Positions 16,310 through 27,521 of a DNA stretch of 32,000 nt are shown here, one piece after another. Under the pieces are notes generated by a model. That model was not told the origin of the DNA and searched no databases. It saw nothing but the letters and a program-made list of their open reading frames with translations. Within the stretch, counting starts at the first letter, position 1. Every line of letters starts with the position of its first letter. This stretch comes from Candidatus Uzinura diaspidicola str. ASNER (GTDB lineage Bacteria; Bacteroidota; Bacteroidia; Flavobacteriales; Blattabacteriaceae). Where the stretch lies: assembly GCA_000331975.1 (NCBI GenBank), contig CP003263.1:120001-152000 (forward strand), read 5' to 3'. The position numbers were made by a program, and so were the translations under genes.

Positions 16310-17717
16310 ATGTATAAGAAAAGGAAAAAAAATCTTTATATTATTTATAAGGCTTATAATACTTTTTTTCTTAATGAAGAGCTTTTTTTTAAGAAAACAT
16401 AATATTTTTGTTAATGTCTGGATTAATAAGTTCCATTTATTTTAGATTTGAAATTGGAGATTTGATATATACAGAAATATTTATGAATTAGATTCTATCT
16501 TATTCTTTAAAAATAAAGAAGGGTATAAAATCAAAAAGTTTCTTTTATATTACTTATTTTTTTTCGTATTAACTTTTTTTTGTGGTAGTTTCCTATTTAA
16601 ACGTATACTAAAAAAAGTAGAAGAATCTAATAGTAATAAATACAAAGGTAAAATTTGTTATGAGAGAAATAATATTGATATTACGTTTCAAGACATAGCA
16701 GGTATTGAAAGTACAAAGGAAGAAATAGAAGAAATTGTAGAGTTTCTTAAAAAGCCTATTAAATATTATTGGAAGGGAAAATCCCAAAAGGAGTTCTTTT
16801 AATTGGTCTTCCTGGTACTGGAAAAACTTTATCAGCTAAAGAAGTTGCAGGTGAAACACAAGTTCCTTTTTTTGCTTTATCTGGGTCTGATTTTGTAGAA
16901 ATGTTTGTAGGAGCGTCTCGTGTAAGAGATCTTTTAAGAAAGCAAAAGCTAAATCTCCTTCTATTATTTTTATTGATGAAATAGATGCAATAGGTCGTAC
17001 TCGTAGTAAAAATAATTATATATCTAATGATGAAAGAGAAAATACTTTAAATAAATTGCTTACAGAAATGGATGGTTTTGCTACTAAAACAAATATTCTT
17101 GATAAAGCACTTTTACGTCCTGATTTAAAAGAAAGAAAAGAAATTTTTCAAGTACATATTAGAAAGTGTAGATATCTGGCTTTAGTGGAGCAGCGTTGAT
17201 AGCTGCTAAAAAAAATCAAAATAGAATTGAACATCAGGATTTTTCTGATGCTGTATCTGGGGTAGAAAAAAAAGATAAAAGAATAAAATTTCATGACAAA
17301 CTTATAAGTTGGCTTTTAGAATTTTCAGACCCTTTAGTAAAGGTAACTATTATCCTTCGGTGAAAATCTTTAGGGTCTACGTGGTATATTACTGTCGATA
17401 GACAAATATGTGTTTTATTGGGAGGTAGAGCAGCTGAAGAAATAATTTTTGGTAATTTCCTTACAGGAGCACTTAATGATTAAGAAAATGCTACGAAACA
17501 AGCAAAGTCTATAGTAATTATATTTGGTTTAAATAAACGTATTGGAAATATTTCTTATTATGATTCTTCTGGAGAAGATGAATATACTTTCAATAAGCCT
17601 TATAGTGAAACTACTGCATATATTATTGATGAAGAAATATATCAAATTATAGAAGAGCAATATCAACGTTCTTGTAAAATTCTTGAAAAAGAAATATTGC
17701 CAATAAAATTATTTTGA
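16310..17717 (+). pseudogene. ftsH: ATP-dependent zinc metalloprotease FtsH remnant
   Basis: Fragments in three frames: [30 protein letters not shown]; a shift; [54 protein letters not shown]; a shift; [23 protein letters not shown]...[30 protein letters not shown] and RFDRQ are deleted. [14 protein letters not shown] follows. The HEXXH zinc site is lost. LGGRAAEEIIFGNFLTGALND*ENATKQAK carries a TAA at 17481-17483. About 1.4 kb remains of about 1.9-2.0 kb. The position after rsfS fits what I recall of flavobacterial gene order (not checked here). Confidence 0.85.
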
Positions 17718-17751
17718 GTATAAAAAATATATAATATGTACTTGATTAGAA

Positions 17752-19635
17752 TTATTTTACTTCTTCAAAATCAATGTCTTGTACATTTTCAGATTCAGAA
17801 GAATTTTTTGGAGAATTGTTGGTAGAATTTTTTGGAGAATTGTTGTATAATTCTTGTGAAGCTTCTATCCAAGCATCATTAAGTTCTTTTTTTGTACGCT
17901 CAATTTCGATTATTTGTTTTGATTTACAAGCCATTTTACAATCATTTAAATTATCTTCTATTTTTTTCTTCTTTTCTGTAGAAAGTTTATCCCCATAATC
18001 TTTAAGTTGTTTTTCTGTTTGAAAAATTAGTGCATCAGCTGCATTAAGGGTATCAATTTCTTCTTTTGTTTTTTTATCTTTCTCAGCATTTTCTTGTGCC
18101 TCACGTTTCATTCTTTCAATTTCTTTTTGGTTTAATCCTGAAGAAGCTTCAATACGTATGGACTGTTCTTTTCCAGTTTCTTTATTTTTAGCAGAAACAT
18201 TTAAAATTCCATTTGCATCAATATCGAATGTTACTTCAATTTTAGGAATTCCTCTAGGAGCTGGCGGAATATCTATAAGATCAAAGCGTCCTATTTCTTT
18301 ATTATCATTAAACATAGGTCGTTCCCCTTGACCAACACGTATTGTTACTGCTGACTGATTATCTTCAGCAGTAGAAAATAATTCTGATTTTTTTGTTGGA
18401 ATAGTAGTATTTGCAGAAATAAGCTTAGTAAATACTCCACCTAAAGTTTCTATACCTAAAGATAGCGGTGTTACATCTAATAGAAGAACATCTTTTATGT
18501 CTCCAATAAGAACTCCTCCTTGAATAGCTGCCCCTATAGCTACTACTTCATCCGGATTTACACCTTTTGAAGGTTTTTTCCCAAAAAACAATTCTACTTC
18601 TTCTTGAATTTTAGGTATTCTTGTGCTTCCACCTACTAAAATTACTTCATCAATATTTTTAGTAATAAGTCCGGCTGCTTCTAAAGCTTTTTTACAAGGT
18701 GACATTGAACGACGAATTAACTCATCGGAAAGTTTTTCAAATTTTGCTCTTGTAATAGTTTTTACTAGATGTTTAGGACCTGAATTAGTTGCTGTAATAT
18801 ATGGTAAATTAATTTCAGTTTGAATACTAGATGATAATTCTATTTTAGCTTTTTCTGCTACCTCTTTTAATCTTTGATGAGCCATAGAATCTTCTCGTAA
18901 ATCAACCCCTTCTTCTGATTTAAAACTATCTGCTAAAAAATTTATAATAATATCATCGAAATCATCTCCTCCAAGCTTTGTGTCTCCATTAGTAGCTAAT
19001 ACTTCAAAAACACCATCACCTAATTCAAGAATAGAAATATCAAAAGTGCCTCCTCCTAAGTCATATACAGCAATTTTCTTATCTTGTTTGCTTTTATCTA
19101 ATCCGTATGCTAATGCAGCTGCCGTAGGCTCATTAATAATTCTCTCTACTTTTAACCCTGCAATTTCTCCAGCTTCTTTAGTAGCTTGTCTTTGTGCATC
19201 ATTAAAGTAAGCTGGAACTGTTATAACAGCACGATTTACCTCTTCCCCAAGATAATCTTCTGCCGTTTTTTTCATTTTCTGTAATATCATTGCAGATATT
19301 TCTTGTGGAGAATATAACTTATTTTTTATATTTACTCGGGGGGTATTATTAGGACCTTTTTCTATTTTATAGGTAACCCGATCTATTTCATAAGAAATCT
19401 CTGAAAATTTAGCTCCCATAAATCTTTTTATAGAAAAAATAGTATTTTGAGCATTCGTTACAGCTTGACGTTTTGCTGGATCTCCTATTTTAATTTCACC
19501 GCCTTCAACAAAAGCTACCATAGAAGGTGTAGTGCGTTTCCCTTCAGAATTAGGAATTACTGTTGGATCATTTCCTTCCATTACAGCAACGCAGGAATTG
19601 GTTGTTCCTAAATCAATACCAATAATTTTATTCAT
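17752..19635 (-). CDS. dnaK: Molecular chaperone DnaK (Hsp70)
   Basis: [40 protein letters not shown], and a C-terminal ..DIDFEEVK tail. 627 aa. Confidence 0.97.
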   Translation of the reverse strand: MNKIIGIDLGTTNSCVAVMEGNDPTVIPNSEGKRTTPSMVAFVEGGEIKIGDPAKRQAVTNAQNTIFSIKRFMGAKFSEISYEIDRVTYKIEKGPNNTPRVNIKNKLYSPQEISAMILQKMKKTAEDYLGEEVNRAVITVPAYFNDAQRQATKEAGEIAGLKVERIINEPTAAALAYGLDKSKQDKKIAVYDLGGGTFDISILELGDGVFEVLATNGDTKLGGDDFDDIIINFLADSFKSEEGVDLREDSMAHQRLKEVAEKAKIELSSSIQTEINLPYITATNSGPKHLVKTITRAKFEKLSDELIRRSMSPCKKALEAAGLITKNIDEVILVGGSTRIPKIQEEVELFFGKKPSKGVNPDEVVAIGAAIQGGVLIGDIKDVLLLDVTPLSLGIETLGGVFTKLISANTTIPTKKSELFSTAEDNQSAVTIRVGQGERPMFNDNKEIGRFDLIDIPPAPRGIPKIEVTFDIDANGILNVSAKNKETGKEQSIRIEASSGLNQKEIERMKREAQENAEKDKKTKEEIDTLNAADALIFQTEKQLKDYGDKLSTEKKKKIEDNLNDCKMACKSKQIIEIERTKKELNDAWIEASQELYNNSPKNSTNNSPKNSSESENVQDIDFEEVK

Positions 19636-19780
19636 TTATTATTTTAAATAAAGCATTATGCTTTTTACAATAAAAATGCCATATATTATTATATGTTTTT
19701 ATTCTGTCAGTAAATGTAAATAGTGTAAATAAACTATTAGTTATTTTTATATATTATATATATTGTTAGTTTTAAAGATA

Positions 19781-20221
19781 GTGAATATTATAAGTTATAA
19801 AACAATTTCAGGCACTAAAATTTTATTAAAAAGAAAATGGGTACTAATCGATGCAACAAGCCAAAGTCTTGGAAGACTCGCTTCTTTCGTTTCTCAAATT
19901 TTAAGAGGAAAACATAAAATATTATTTACTTCACATATAAACTGCGGAGACTATGTAATAGTAATAAATATTGATAAGATAAGTATTAAGGGAGATAATT
20001 GGAAGAAAAAAAAATATATTAGATATACAGGTTTTCCTGGAGGACAACGATACAGAAGTATTAATGAACAATGGATGAGGAATCCATGTAAAATTTTTGA
20101 AACCTCTGTAAGAGGAATGCTACCAAAAAATAAGTTGGGGGCTAAAATATACAAAAATCTTTATGTATATGCTGGATCTTTTCATTTGCATGAAGCTCAA
20201 AAACCTATAATTATCATTTAG
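19781..20221 (+). CDS. rplM: 50S ribosomal protein L13
   Basis: SYKTISGTK...WVLIDATSQSLGRLAS..LRGKHK. GTG 19781 gives the usual short N-terminus. The TTG at 19763 in the ORF track is an alternative start. Confidence 0.9.
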   Translation: MNIISYKTISGTKILLKRKWVLIDATSQSLGRLASFVSQILRGKHKILFTSHINCGDYVIVINIDKISIKGDNWKKKKYIRYTGFPGGQRYRSINEQWMRNPCKIFETSVRGMLPKNKLGAKIYKNLYVYAGSFHLHEAQKPIIII

Positions 20222-20224
20222 TTA

Positions 20225-20620
20225 ATGCTTTTAACTAAAATTTTACATACAATAGGAAAAAGAAAAACTGCAGTTGCACGTTTATATTTATCTCCTGGAA
20301 TTGGAAAAGTTATTATTAATAATATTAATTTATATCAATATTTCAACTCTTATATCTTAAAAGAAAAAGTACTTCAACCATTATTTTTAACCAAAAAAAA
20401 TGGTAAATTTGATTTAAAAATTAAAATCTTTGGGGGAGGAGTTAATAGTCAGGCAGAAGCAATTCGTTTGGCAATTTCAAGAGCATTATGTGAAATTTCT
20501 CCATTATCTCGTTCTATATTAAAATCCAAAGGATTACTTTCTCGAGATCCAAGAAAAGTAGAACGTAAAAAATTTGGGAGAAAAAAAGCAAGAAAAAAAT
20601 TTCAATTTTCTAAACGTTAA
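20225..20620 (+). CDS. rpsI: 30S ribosomal protein S9
   Basis: GKRKTAVARLYL..G.G...GGGVNSQAEAIRLAISRAL, ending ...KKFQFSKR. 131 aa. Confidence 0.93.
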   Translation: MLLTKILHTIGKRKTAVARLYLSPGIGKVIINNINLYQYFNSYILKEKVLQPLFLTKKNGKFDLKIKIFGGGVNSQAEAIRLAISRALCEISPLSRSILKSKGLLSRDPRKVERKKFGRKKARKKFQFSKR

Positions 20621-20624
20621 TAGA

Positions 20625-21320
20625 ATGTTAAAATTAGATATTAAAGAGTTAATAACTGCAAATGTTCATTTAGGTCATTATACAAATGAATGGTGTCCAT
20701 TTATGAAACCATTTATATATAGTAAAAAAAAAGGTATTCATATTATAAATCTTCATAAAACAATATCAAAATTAAATAGATATTGTAATTTAATCAAAGA
20801 TATTGTTGCTTCAGGGAAGAAAATATTATTCATTGCAACTAAAAAACAAGCCAAATTTATTGTTGAAGAAACTTCAAAAAAATATAATATGCCGTATATT
20901 ACAGAAAGATGGTTAGGTGGTTTGTTAACTAATTTTACAACTTTTCACAAATCAATTTGTAAGCTTAATACTTTAGAAAGAGAAAAGAAAACTGGAACTT
21001 ATAATTCTCTCTCTAAAAAAGAATTATTAAGTCTTCATCGTATTAAGAAGAAACTTGAAGAAAATGTAGGCTCAATTTCAGCGATGAATTCTTTGCCAGA
21101 AGCTATTTTTATAGTAGATATTGTATGTGAAAATATTGCTCTTAAAGAAGCAAAAAAACTTAAGATTCCTGTATTTGGCCTTATTGATACAAATTCAGAT
21201 CCAAGAAAAGTAGATTATCCTATTCCTGCTAATGATGATTCTTCAAAATCTATTGAAATTATTTTTCATTATATTAATGAGTCTCTTTCAGAGGGCTTAA
21301 AACTAAGAGAAAATGTATAA
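20625..21320 (+). CDS. rpsB: 30S ribosomal protein S2
   Basis: LITANVHLGH....W.P.M..FIY....GIHIINL and ERWLGGLLTNF. I moved the start to ATG 20625, just after the rpsI stop. Confidence 0.93.
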   Translation: MLKLDIKELITANVHLGHYTNEWCPFMKPFIYSKKKGIHIINLHKTISKLNRYCNLIKDIVASGKKILFIATKKQAKFIVEETSKKYNMPYITERWLGGLLTNFTTFHKSICKLNTLEREKKTGTYNSLSKKELLSLHRIKKKLEENVGSISAMNSLPEAIFIVDIVCENIALKEAKKLKIPVFGLIDTNSDPRKVDYPIPANDDSSKSIEIIFHYINESLSEGLKLRENV

Positions 21321-22140
21321 AGTTCATGTTGATGATATCATAAAACTAAGGGAAAAAACTGGCTTTGGAATTTTTGATTGTAAAAAAGCTCTTTTAGAGA
21401 TGAAAGGTAATATTGAGAAAGCTATTGAGTATCTAAGAAAAAACAGTATAAATAAAACTTATAATAGTTCGGATCATAATACGAATTCTACTCAAGGTAT
21501 AGTCTTAAGTAAGGTAAATTCAAATAATAAAAAAGGAATAATAATAGGCATAAATTGTGAAACTGATTTTGTTGCTAAAAATGATTTGTTTATAAAACTT
21601 GCTAATGAAATTGCAGAAATAGCAATTGATTGTAATGATAAGAATGAGATTTTATCTTCTTCTATAAGAAACATAAGTATAAAAGAAATCTTATTTGAAC
21701 ATATGACGATAATAGGAGAAAAATTAACTTTGAATTTTTTTGAAAAATTAGAATCTTATTTTGTAGAAAAGTATGTACATCACGGAAATAAAATAGCTGC
21801 TTTAGTAGGCCTTTCGGCTGCTCCGAAAGGAGTCCATATTATAGGAAAGGAATTGGCTATGCAGGTTGTAGCTATGAATCCAATAGCTCTAAAAGAAGAA
21901 GATATTCCATATAATTTTATTGAAAAAGAAAAAGAAATCCTTAAAGAACAAGAACGTAGATTTGGTAAATCTGAAGATTTACTAGAAAAAATAATTCAAG
22001 GAAAAATAAAAAAATTTCTTTGTGAGAAGACATTAATATGTCAAAAATATATTAAAAATCAAAAAATCACAGTACAAAATTACCTTAAACAATTTAATAG
22101 TAATATTACTATTACTGGATATAAACGTATTTCTTTATAG
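21313..22140 (+). CDS. tsf: Elongation factor Ts
   Basis: N-terminal UBA-like IKLREKTGFGIFDCKKALLEMKGNIEKAIEYLRK, followed by MQVVAMNP. 275 aa. Confidence 0.92.
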   Translation: MYKVHVDDIIKLREKTGFGIFDCKKALLEMKGNIEKAIEYLRKNSINKTYNSSDHNTNSTQGIVLSKVNSNNKKGIIIGINCETDFVAKNDLFIKLANEIAEIAIDCNDKNEILSSSIRNISIKEILFEHMTIIGEKLTLNFFEKLESYFVEKYVHHGNKIAALVGLSAAPKGVHIIGKELAMQVVAMNPIALKEEDIPYNFIEKEKEILKEQERRFGKSEDLLEKIIQGKIKKFLCEKTLICQKYIKNQKITVQNYLKQFNSNITITGYKRISL

Positions 22141-22181
22141 TTTATTTTTGAAATGGTTGGAGGTAATAGTATAGTAGTTAA

Positions 22182-22985
22182 ATGATTACTATTAAAAATT
22201 TAGAAGAACTTTTTTTAATTAAAGAAAGTTCTCAATTAGTTTCTAAAATGCTAGGAATGCTAGCATTAGAAATTTCTCCAGGGAGAGATACATTATATTT
22301 AGACAAATTGGCTGAAGAATTTCTTCGTGATAATGGAGGAATTCCTGCATTTTTAGGTCTTTATGATTTTCCTAATACTCTTTGTGTATCTACTAATGAA
22401 CAAGTAGTGCATGGAATTCCTAATCATAAACCTTTATATGAAGGAGATATAGTATCTATTGATTGTGGTGTGTTATTAAACGGGTATTATGGAGATGTAG
22501 CTTATACATTTAAAGTAGGAGAAATAGATGCTCCTACTAAAAAACTTTTGGAAGTTACTAAACGTTCTCTTTATATTGGTATATCTTCTTGTAATATAGG
22601 AAATTATATAGGTGATATTGGGCATAATATTCAAAATTATGTAGAAGAAAAAGGTTATGGAGTAGTAAGAGAACTAGTTGGACATGGATTGGGAAAAAAA
22701 ATACATGAAGATCCTCTAATTCCTAACTATGGTCGTAAGGGACTAGGGGAAGAACTTGTAGAAGGAATGGTTCTTGCAATAGAACCTATGATAAATCAAG
22801 GAACACATCGTGTTAAATTTCATAAAGATGGATGGACAGTAACGACACTTGATAAGCAAGTCTCTGCACATTTTGAACATAATATAGCTCTTATAAATGA
22901 ACGCACTGTATTACTTTCAACTTATAACTATATTTATGATAGTTTAGGCATCAAATCTAAAGAAGAAGAACCTTTTATATTTTAA
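22182..22985 (+). CDS. map: Methionine aminopeptidase, type I
   Basis: The metal ligand context is intact: [31 protein letters not shown], and HFEHNIA. 267 aa. Confidence 0.92.
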   Translation: MITIKNLEELFLIKESSQLVSKMLGMLALEISPGRDTLYLDKLAEEFLRDNGGIPAFLGLYDFPNTLCVSTNEQVVHGIPNHKPLYEGDIVSIDCGVLLNGYYGDVAYTFKVGEIDAPTKKLLEVTKRSLYIGISSCNIGNYIGDIGHNIQNYVEEKGYGVVRELVGHGLGKKIHEDPLIPNYGRKGLGEELVEGMVLAIEPMINQGTHRVKFHKDGWTVTTLDKQVSAHFEHNIALINERTVLLSTYNYIYDSLGIKSKEEEPFIF

Positions 22986-22990
22986 ATATC

Positions 22991-23356
22991 ATGCCAACAA
23001 TACAACAGTTAATAAGAAAGGGAAGAAAAACTTTTAAAAAGAAAAGTAAATCTTCAGCTCTTGATTCTTGTCCTCAAAGAAGAGGTGTATGTTTACGTGT
23101 TTATACTACTACACCTAAAAAACCTAACTCTGCTATGAGAAAAGTAGCTAGGGTTCGTTTGACGAATGGAAAAGAAATAAATGCTTATATTCCAGGAGAA
23201 GGTCATAATTTACAAGAGCATTCTATTGTTTTAATTCGCGGTGGTCGAGTGAAAGATTTACCTGGTGTTCGTTATCATATTTTACGTGGTGCTATGGATA
23301 CTGCGGGTGTGCAAGATCGTAAACAATCAAGAAGTAAATATGGAACTAAAAAATAA
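22991..23356 (+). CDS. rpsL: 30S ribosomal protein S12
   Basis: [12 protein letters not shown]...[51 protein letters not shown]. Confidence 0.96.
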   Translation: MPTIQQLIRKGRKTFKKKSKSSALDSCPQRRGVCLRVYTTTPKKPNSAMRKVARVRLTNGKEINAYIPGEGHNLQEHSIVLIRGGRVKDLPGVRYHILRGAMDTAGVQDRKQSRSKYGTKK

Positions 23357-23361
23357 ATCTT

Positions 23362-23853
23362 ATGACAAAGATTCAATTAATGAATTGGATTACAGATCCT
23401 AAATATAAAGATATCTTGGTCAGTCGTTTTGTCAATAATTTGATGAAAAATGGAAAAAAATATTTAGCATATAACATTTTTTATGATGCTATGAAAATAG
23501 TAAAAGAAAGTAAAGAAAATTTTGAAAAAAGCGAACTGGAAATCTGGAAACAGGCTCTCAATAATATTATGCCTCATATAGAATTACGTAGTCGTCGTAT
23601 TGGTGGTTCTACTTTTCAAATTCCTACTCCAATTAGACTTGATAGGAAAGTTTCACTTTCAATGAAATGGCTGATTAAGTGTGCCAGGAATAGAAATGAA
23701 AAAAGTATGTCAGCCAAACTTGCAGCAGAAATAATTTCTGCTGCTAAAGAAGAAGGGGCAGCTGTTAAAAAACGTATTGACACTCATAAAATGGCAGAAT
23801 CTAATAAAGCTTTCTCACATTTAAATTATGGTAAAGAATCTAAAATATACTAG
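23362..23853 (+). CDS. rpsG: 30S ribosomal protein S7
   Basis: DPKYKD..VSRFVN.LM.NGKK..A..IFY.A, plus [16 protein letters not shown]. 163 aa. Confidence 0.92.
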   Translation: MTKIQLMNWITDPKYKDILVSRFVNNLMKNGKKYLAYNIFYDAMKIVKESKENFEKSELEIWKQALNNIMPHIELRSRRIGGSTFQIPTPIRLDRKVSLSMKWLIKCARNRNEKSMSAKLAAEIISAAKEEGAAVKKRIDTHKMAESNKAFSHLNYGKESKIY

Positions 23854-25915
23854 AAATATTGGAATAGCGGCTCATATTGATGCAGGAAAAACTACTACTA
23901 CAGAACGCATTCTTTTTTATACTGGAATGACTTATAAAATAGGAGAAGTACATGATGGAGCTGCTACTATGGATTGGATGATTCAAGAACAAGAACGTGG
24001 TATAACTATAACTTCTGCAGCTACACGCTGTGAATGGACTTATTGTAATAATAAATATCAAATAAATCTTATTGACACACCTGGACATGTAGACTTTACA
24101 GTTGAAGTAGAACGTTCTTTACGAATATTAGATGGAATGGTTATTTTATTTAGTGCTGTAGATGGTGTAGAACCTCAGTCAGAAACAGTTAGCAGACAAG
24201 CAGATAAATATCGTATACCACGAATAGGTTTTGTAAATAAAATGGACCGTCAAGGAGCTGACTTTTTTAATGTTTGTAATGAAGTAAAAAAAAAAATAGG
24301 TATTAATCCATTGCCTTTACAGGTTCCAATAGGAAGTGAAGAAGATTTTAAAGGAGTAGTAGATATTATTTCTAATAAAGCAATAATTTGGGATGAAAAT
24401 AACTATGGAATGTCTTATAAAAGAGTTGCTATTCCAGAAAATTTAAAAGACATTGTCGAGGAATATAGAAGAAGACTAATTGAAGTATTAGCTGGATATG
24501 ATGATTTTATTCTTGAGAAATTTTTTGATGATCCAATATCTATTACTGAAAATGAGCTTATCGAAACTTTAAGAAAAGCTACTATAAAATTAGATGTTAT
24601 TCCAATGCTTTGTGGATCATCTTTTAAAAATAAAGGAGTTCAGGCAATGTTAGATGCAGTTTGTCGTTATCTTCCATCACCTGTAGATCTAGAAGATATT
24701 ATAGGAAGAAATCCAAAGACTGGCTTTCAAGAAAAAAGAAAACCTTCAGAGAAAGAACCTTTTACTGCACTAGCTTTTAAAATTTCTACAGATCCGTTTG
24801 TAGGTCGTTTAGCTTTTTTTAGAGTTTATTCTGGTAAATTGAATGCTGGATCATATATTCTTAATACGCGAACAGATAGTAAAGAACGAATTTCTCGTAT
24901 TTATCAGATGCATGCAAATAAACAAAATCCTATTAATAGTATTCAAGCAGGAGATATAGGAGCAGCAGTAGGATTTAAAGAGATAAAAACTGGAGATACA
25001 CTATGTGATGAAAAAAAACCAATTGTACTTGAAAATATTTCTTTTCCTGAGCCAGTTATTGGATTAGCTTTAGAACCTAAATATAAAGCAGACATAGATA
25101 AAATGGGTATTGCTCTTACTAAGCTTCTTGAAGAAGATCCTACTCTTCATGTTCGTACAGATTCAACCAGTGGTCAAACTATTTTATCTGGAATGGGTGA
25201 ACTTCATCTTGATATTATAATAGATAGAATGAAAAGAGAATTTAAAGTAGAAGTTATTCCAGGAGAACCTCAAGTTGAATACAAAGAAGCTCTTACTGCA
25301 AATTATAAGCATAGAGAAGTCTATAAAAAGCAAACTGGAGGTCGTGGAAAATTTGCAGATATTATTTTTATAATTGAGCCTTTAAAAGGAGGTAAAAATG
25401 GGTTAGAGTTTATTAATGCAGTAAAAGGAGGTAATATTCCTAAAGAATTTATTTCTTCAATAGAAAAAGGCTTTAAAGAAGCAATGAAAAGTGGTCCTCT
25501 TGCTAATTACGAAGTAGATGCAATAAAAATCACTTTAATTGATGGTTCTTATCATCCTGTTGACTCAGATCAACTTTCATTTGAATTAGCTGCTAAAATT
25601 GGCTTTAAAGCAGCATCGAAAAATGCTAAACCTATTCTTCTTGAACCAATTATGAAACTCGAGGTTATTACTTCAGAAGAAAATCTGGGTGATATTGTAA
25701 GTGATATTAATAGACGTAGAGGTGAAGTTTCTGGAATGGAGGATCGTAATCAGGCAAAAGTTATTAAGGCTAAAGTCCCATTAGCTGAAATGTTTGGATA
25801 TATAACTACATTAAGAACTTTATCATCAGGACGGGCAACAGCAATAATGGAATTTTCCCATTATCATGCTTCCCCCCAGAATATTGCAGAAGAAATAATC
25901 TCTAAAAGAAATTAG
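23828..25915 (+). CDS. fusA: Elongation factor G
   Basis: [30 protein letters not shown], and NKMDR. 695 aa. It overlaps the rpsG end by 26 nt. Confidence 0.97.
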   Translation: MVKNLKYTRNIGIAAHIDAGKTTTTERILFYTGMTYKIGEVHDGAATMDWMIQEQERGITITSAATRCEWTYCNNKYQINLIDTPGHVDFTVEVERSLRILDGMVILFSAVDGVEPQSETVSRQADKYRIPRIGFVNKMDRQGADFFNVCNEVKKKIGINPLPLQVPIGSEEDFKGVVDIISNKAIIWDENNYGMSYKRVAIPENLKDIVEEYRRRLIEVLAGYDDFILEKFFDDPISITENELIETLRKATIKLDVIPMLCGSSFKNKGVQAMLDAVCRYLPSPVDLEDIIGRNPKTGFQEKRKPSEKEPFTALAFKISTDPFVGRLAFFRVYSGKLNAGSYILNTRTDSKERISRIYQMHANKQNPINSIQAGDIGAAVGFKEIKTGDTLCDEKKPIVLENISFPEPVIGLALEPKYKADIDKMGIALTKLLEEDPTLHVRTDSTSGQTILSGMGELHLDIIIDRMKREFKVEVIPGEPQVEYKEALTANYKHREVYKKQTGGRGKFADIIFIIEPLKGGKNGLEFINAVKGGNIPKEFISSIEKGFKEAMKSGPLANYEVDAIKITLIDGSYHPVDSDQLSFELAAKIGFKAASKNAKPILLEPIMKLEVITSEENLGDIVSDINRRRGEVSGMEDRNQAKVIKAKVPLAEMFGYITTLRTLSSGRATAIMEFSHYHASPQNIAEEIISKRN

Positions 25916-25919
25916 ATTT

Positions 25920-26237
25920 ATGATAAAAAACATTTTTTATAAAATAAGAATAAAACTTAATTCTTATGATAACTATCTAGTAGATAAATCTGTAGATAAA
26001 ATAGTAAAAACTATTAAGATTACTGGGGCTATCGTAAATAGCCCCATTTGCCTTCCCACTAAGAAAAAAATTTTTACTGTTTTGCGATCCCCTCACGTTA
26101 ATAAAAAATCTCGCGATCAATATGAATTATTGTCTCATAAAAGAATTATTGATATTTATAGTTCTTGCCAAAAAACAGTTGACGCACTTATGAAATTAGA
26201 AATTTCTAGTGGAGTAGAGGTAGAGATAAAAATATAA
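25920..26237 (+). CDS. rpsJ: 30S ribosomal protein S10
   Basis: [17 protein letters not shown]...[25 protein letters not shown]. 105 aa. Confidence 0.93.
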   Translation: MIKNIFYKIRIKLNSYDNYLVDKSVDKIVKTIKITGAIVNSPICLPTKKKIFTVLRSPHVNKKSRDQYELLSHKRIIDIYSSCQKTVDALMKLEISSGVEVEIKI

Positions 26238-26244
26238 TAATTTT

Positions 26245-26865
26245 ATGTCAGGTATTATAGGTAGAAAAATTGGAATGACAAATTTTTTTGAACAAAATGG
26301 AAAACATATTCCTTGTACAATTATTCAAGCTGGTCCTTGTGTTATTCTACAAATAAAAAATATTGAAAGAGATGGATATAACTCTATTCAACTAGGATTT
26401 GAAGATAAAATAAAAAAAAAAACATCTAAACCCCTTTTTGGACACTTTAAAAAAGTTAGTGTCTCTCCTAAAAAAAAACTAGCAGAATTTAAGTGTAAAA
26501 TTCCTAACAACTTTAAAATAGGTCAATATGTGGATGTAAATATATTTACTGAAGGAGATTTAGTAGATATTACGTCAGTATCTAAAGGAAAAGGATTTCA
26601 AGGTGTAGTAAAGCGTCATGGGTTTTCAGGGGTAGGACAAAGTTCACATGGTCAACATAATAGATTGAGATCTCCTGGATCTATAGGAGCAGGTTCAGAT
26701 CCTTCAAGGGTCTTTAAAGGAATGTTGATGGGTGGAAGAATGGGAGGAAGAAATGTTACTATCCATAATCTTAGACTATTGAAAATAGATATTGAAAAAA
26801 ATCTTTTACTTGTAAAAGGATCTATATCAGGCTATAATAGTGGATATGTATTAATAAGAAAATGA
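26245..26865 (+). CDS. rplC: 50S ribosomal protein L3
   Basis: [26 protein letters not shown], and GSIGA...P.RVFKG..M.GRMG. The TGA stop overlaps the rplD ATG. Confidence 0.95.
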   Translation: MSGIIGRKIGMTNFFEQNGKHIPCTIIQAGPCVILQIKNIERDGYNSIQLGFEDKIKKKTSKPLFGHFKKVSVSPKKKLAEFKCKIPNNFKIGQYVDVNIFTEGDLVDITSVSKGKGFQGVVKRHGFSGVGQSSHGQHNRLRSPGSIGAGSDPSRVFKGMLMGGRMGGRNVTIHNLRLLKIDIEKNLLLVKGSISGYNSGYVLIRK

Positions 26866-27521
26866 GAATTTCAGTTTTCAATATAAATGGGAATCTAACA
26901 GAGAAAAAAATTTCTTTAGATCCTTCTATATTTGATATAAAGTTACATAAACAAATAGTGTATCTTGATATTAAAAGATATCTATCTGCACAGCGTCAAG
27001 GAAAGCATAAGACAAAAGAAAGAAGTGAATTAGCAGGAAGCACTAGAAAAATACATAGGCAAAAAGGTACAGGACAATCTAGAAAAGGAGATATTAAAAA
27101 TCCTATATTTAGGGGCGGTTCTAGAATATTTGGGCCAAAACTAAAAAGATATGATCATAAATTGAATAAATATGTAAAGACTTTAGCTAAAAAATCTATC
27201 CTTAGTCAAAAATTGAAGGATAACTCTTTAAAAGTTATAGAAGATTTTTTATTTGAAATACCAAGTACAAAAAAAATTGTCAATATACTTCGTGCTTTCA
27301 ATGCAGAAAATAAACGAACATTATTTATTCTATCTGAGTCAAATAAAAGTTTCTATTTGTCTTCTAGAAATTTAATTACAAAGAAAGTAATGACTTTAAA
27401 TGAATTAAATAATTTCGATTTACTTAATTCCTCAATGTTATTTTTTGTTGAAAGCTCTATTGAACTTATACAAAAAAAATTAAATCACAATGATTTATTT
27501 CATAAAATCAATAATAACTGA
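26862..27521 (+). CDS. rplD: 50S ribosomal protein L4
   Basis: [48 protein letters not shown]. Position in the S10 operon supports the call. Confidence 0.92.
   Translation: MRISVFNINGNLTEKKISLDPSIFDIKLHKQIVYLDIKRYLSAQRQGKHKTKERSELAGSTRKIHRQKGTGQSRKGDIKNPIFRGGSRIFGPKLKRYDHKLNKYVKTLAKKSILSQKLKDNSLKVIEDFLFEIPSTKKIVNILRAFNAENKRTLFILSESNKSFYLSSRNLITKKVMTLNELNNFDLLNSSMLFFVESSIELIQKKLNHNDLFHKINNN

Noticed and set aside
16769-16984. 71-aa ORF with a GTGKT Walker A as an independent mini AAA+ protein
   Set aside because: FtsH-homologous sequence continues on both sides in other frames. The listed start is a TTG inside the FtsH ...GGKIPKG motif. It is a pseudogene fragment.
17774-19210. Plus-strand ORFs 17774-17998, 18623-18823 and 18980-19210
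   Set aside because: They are shadow ORFs antisense to dnaK.
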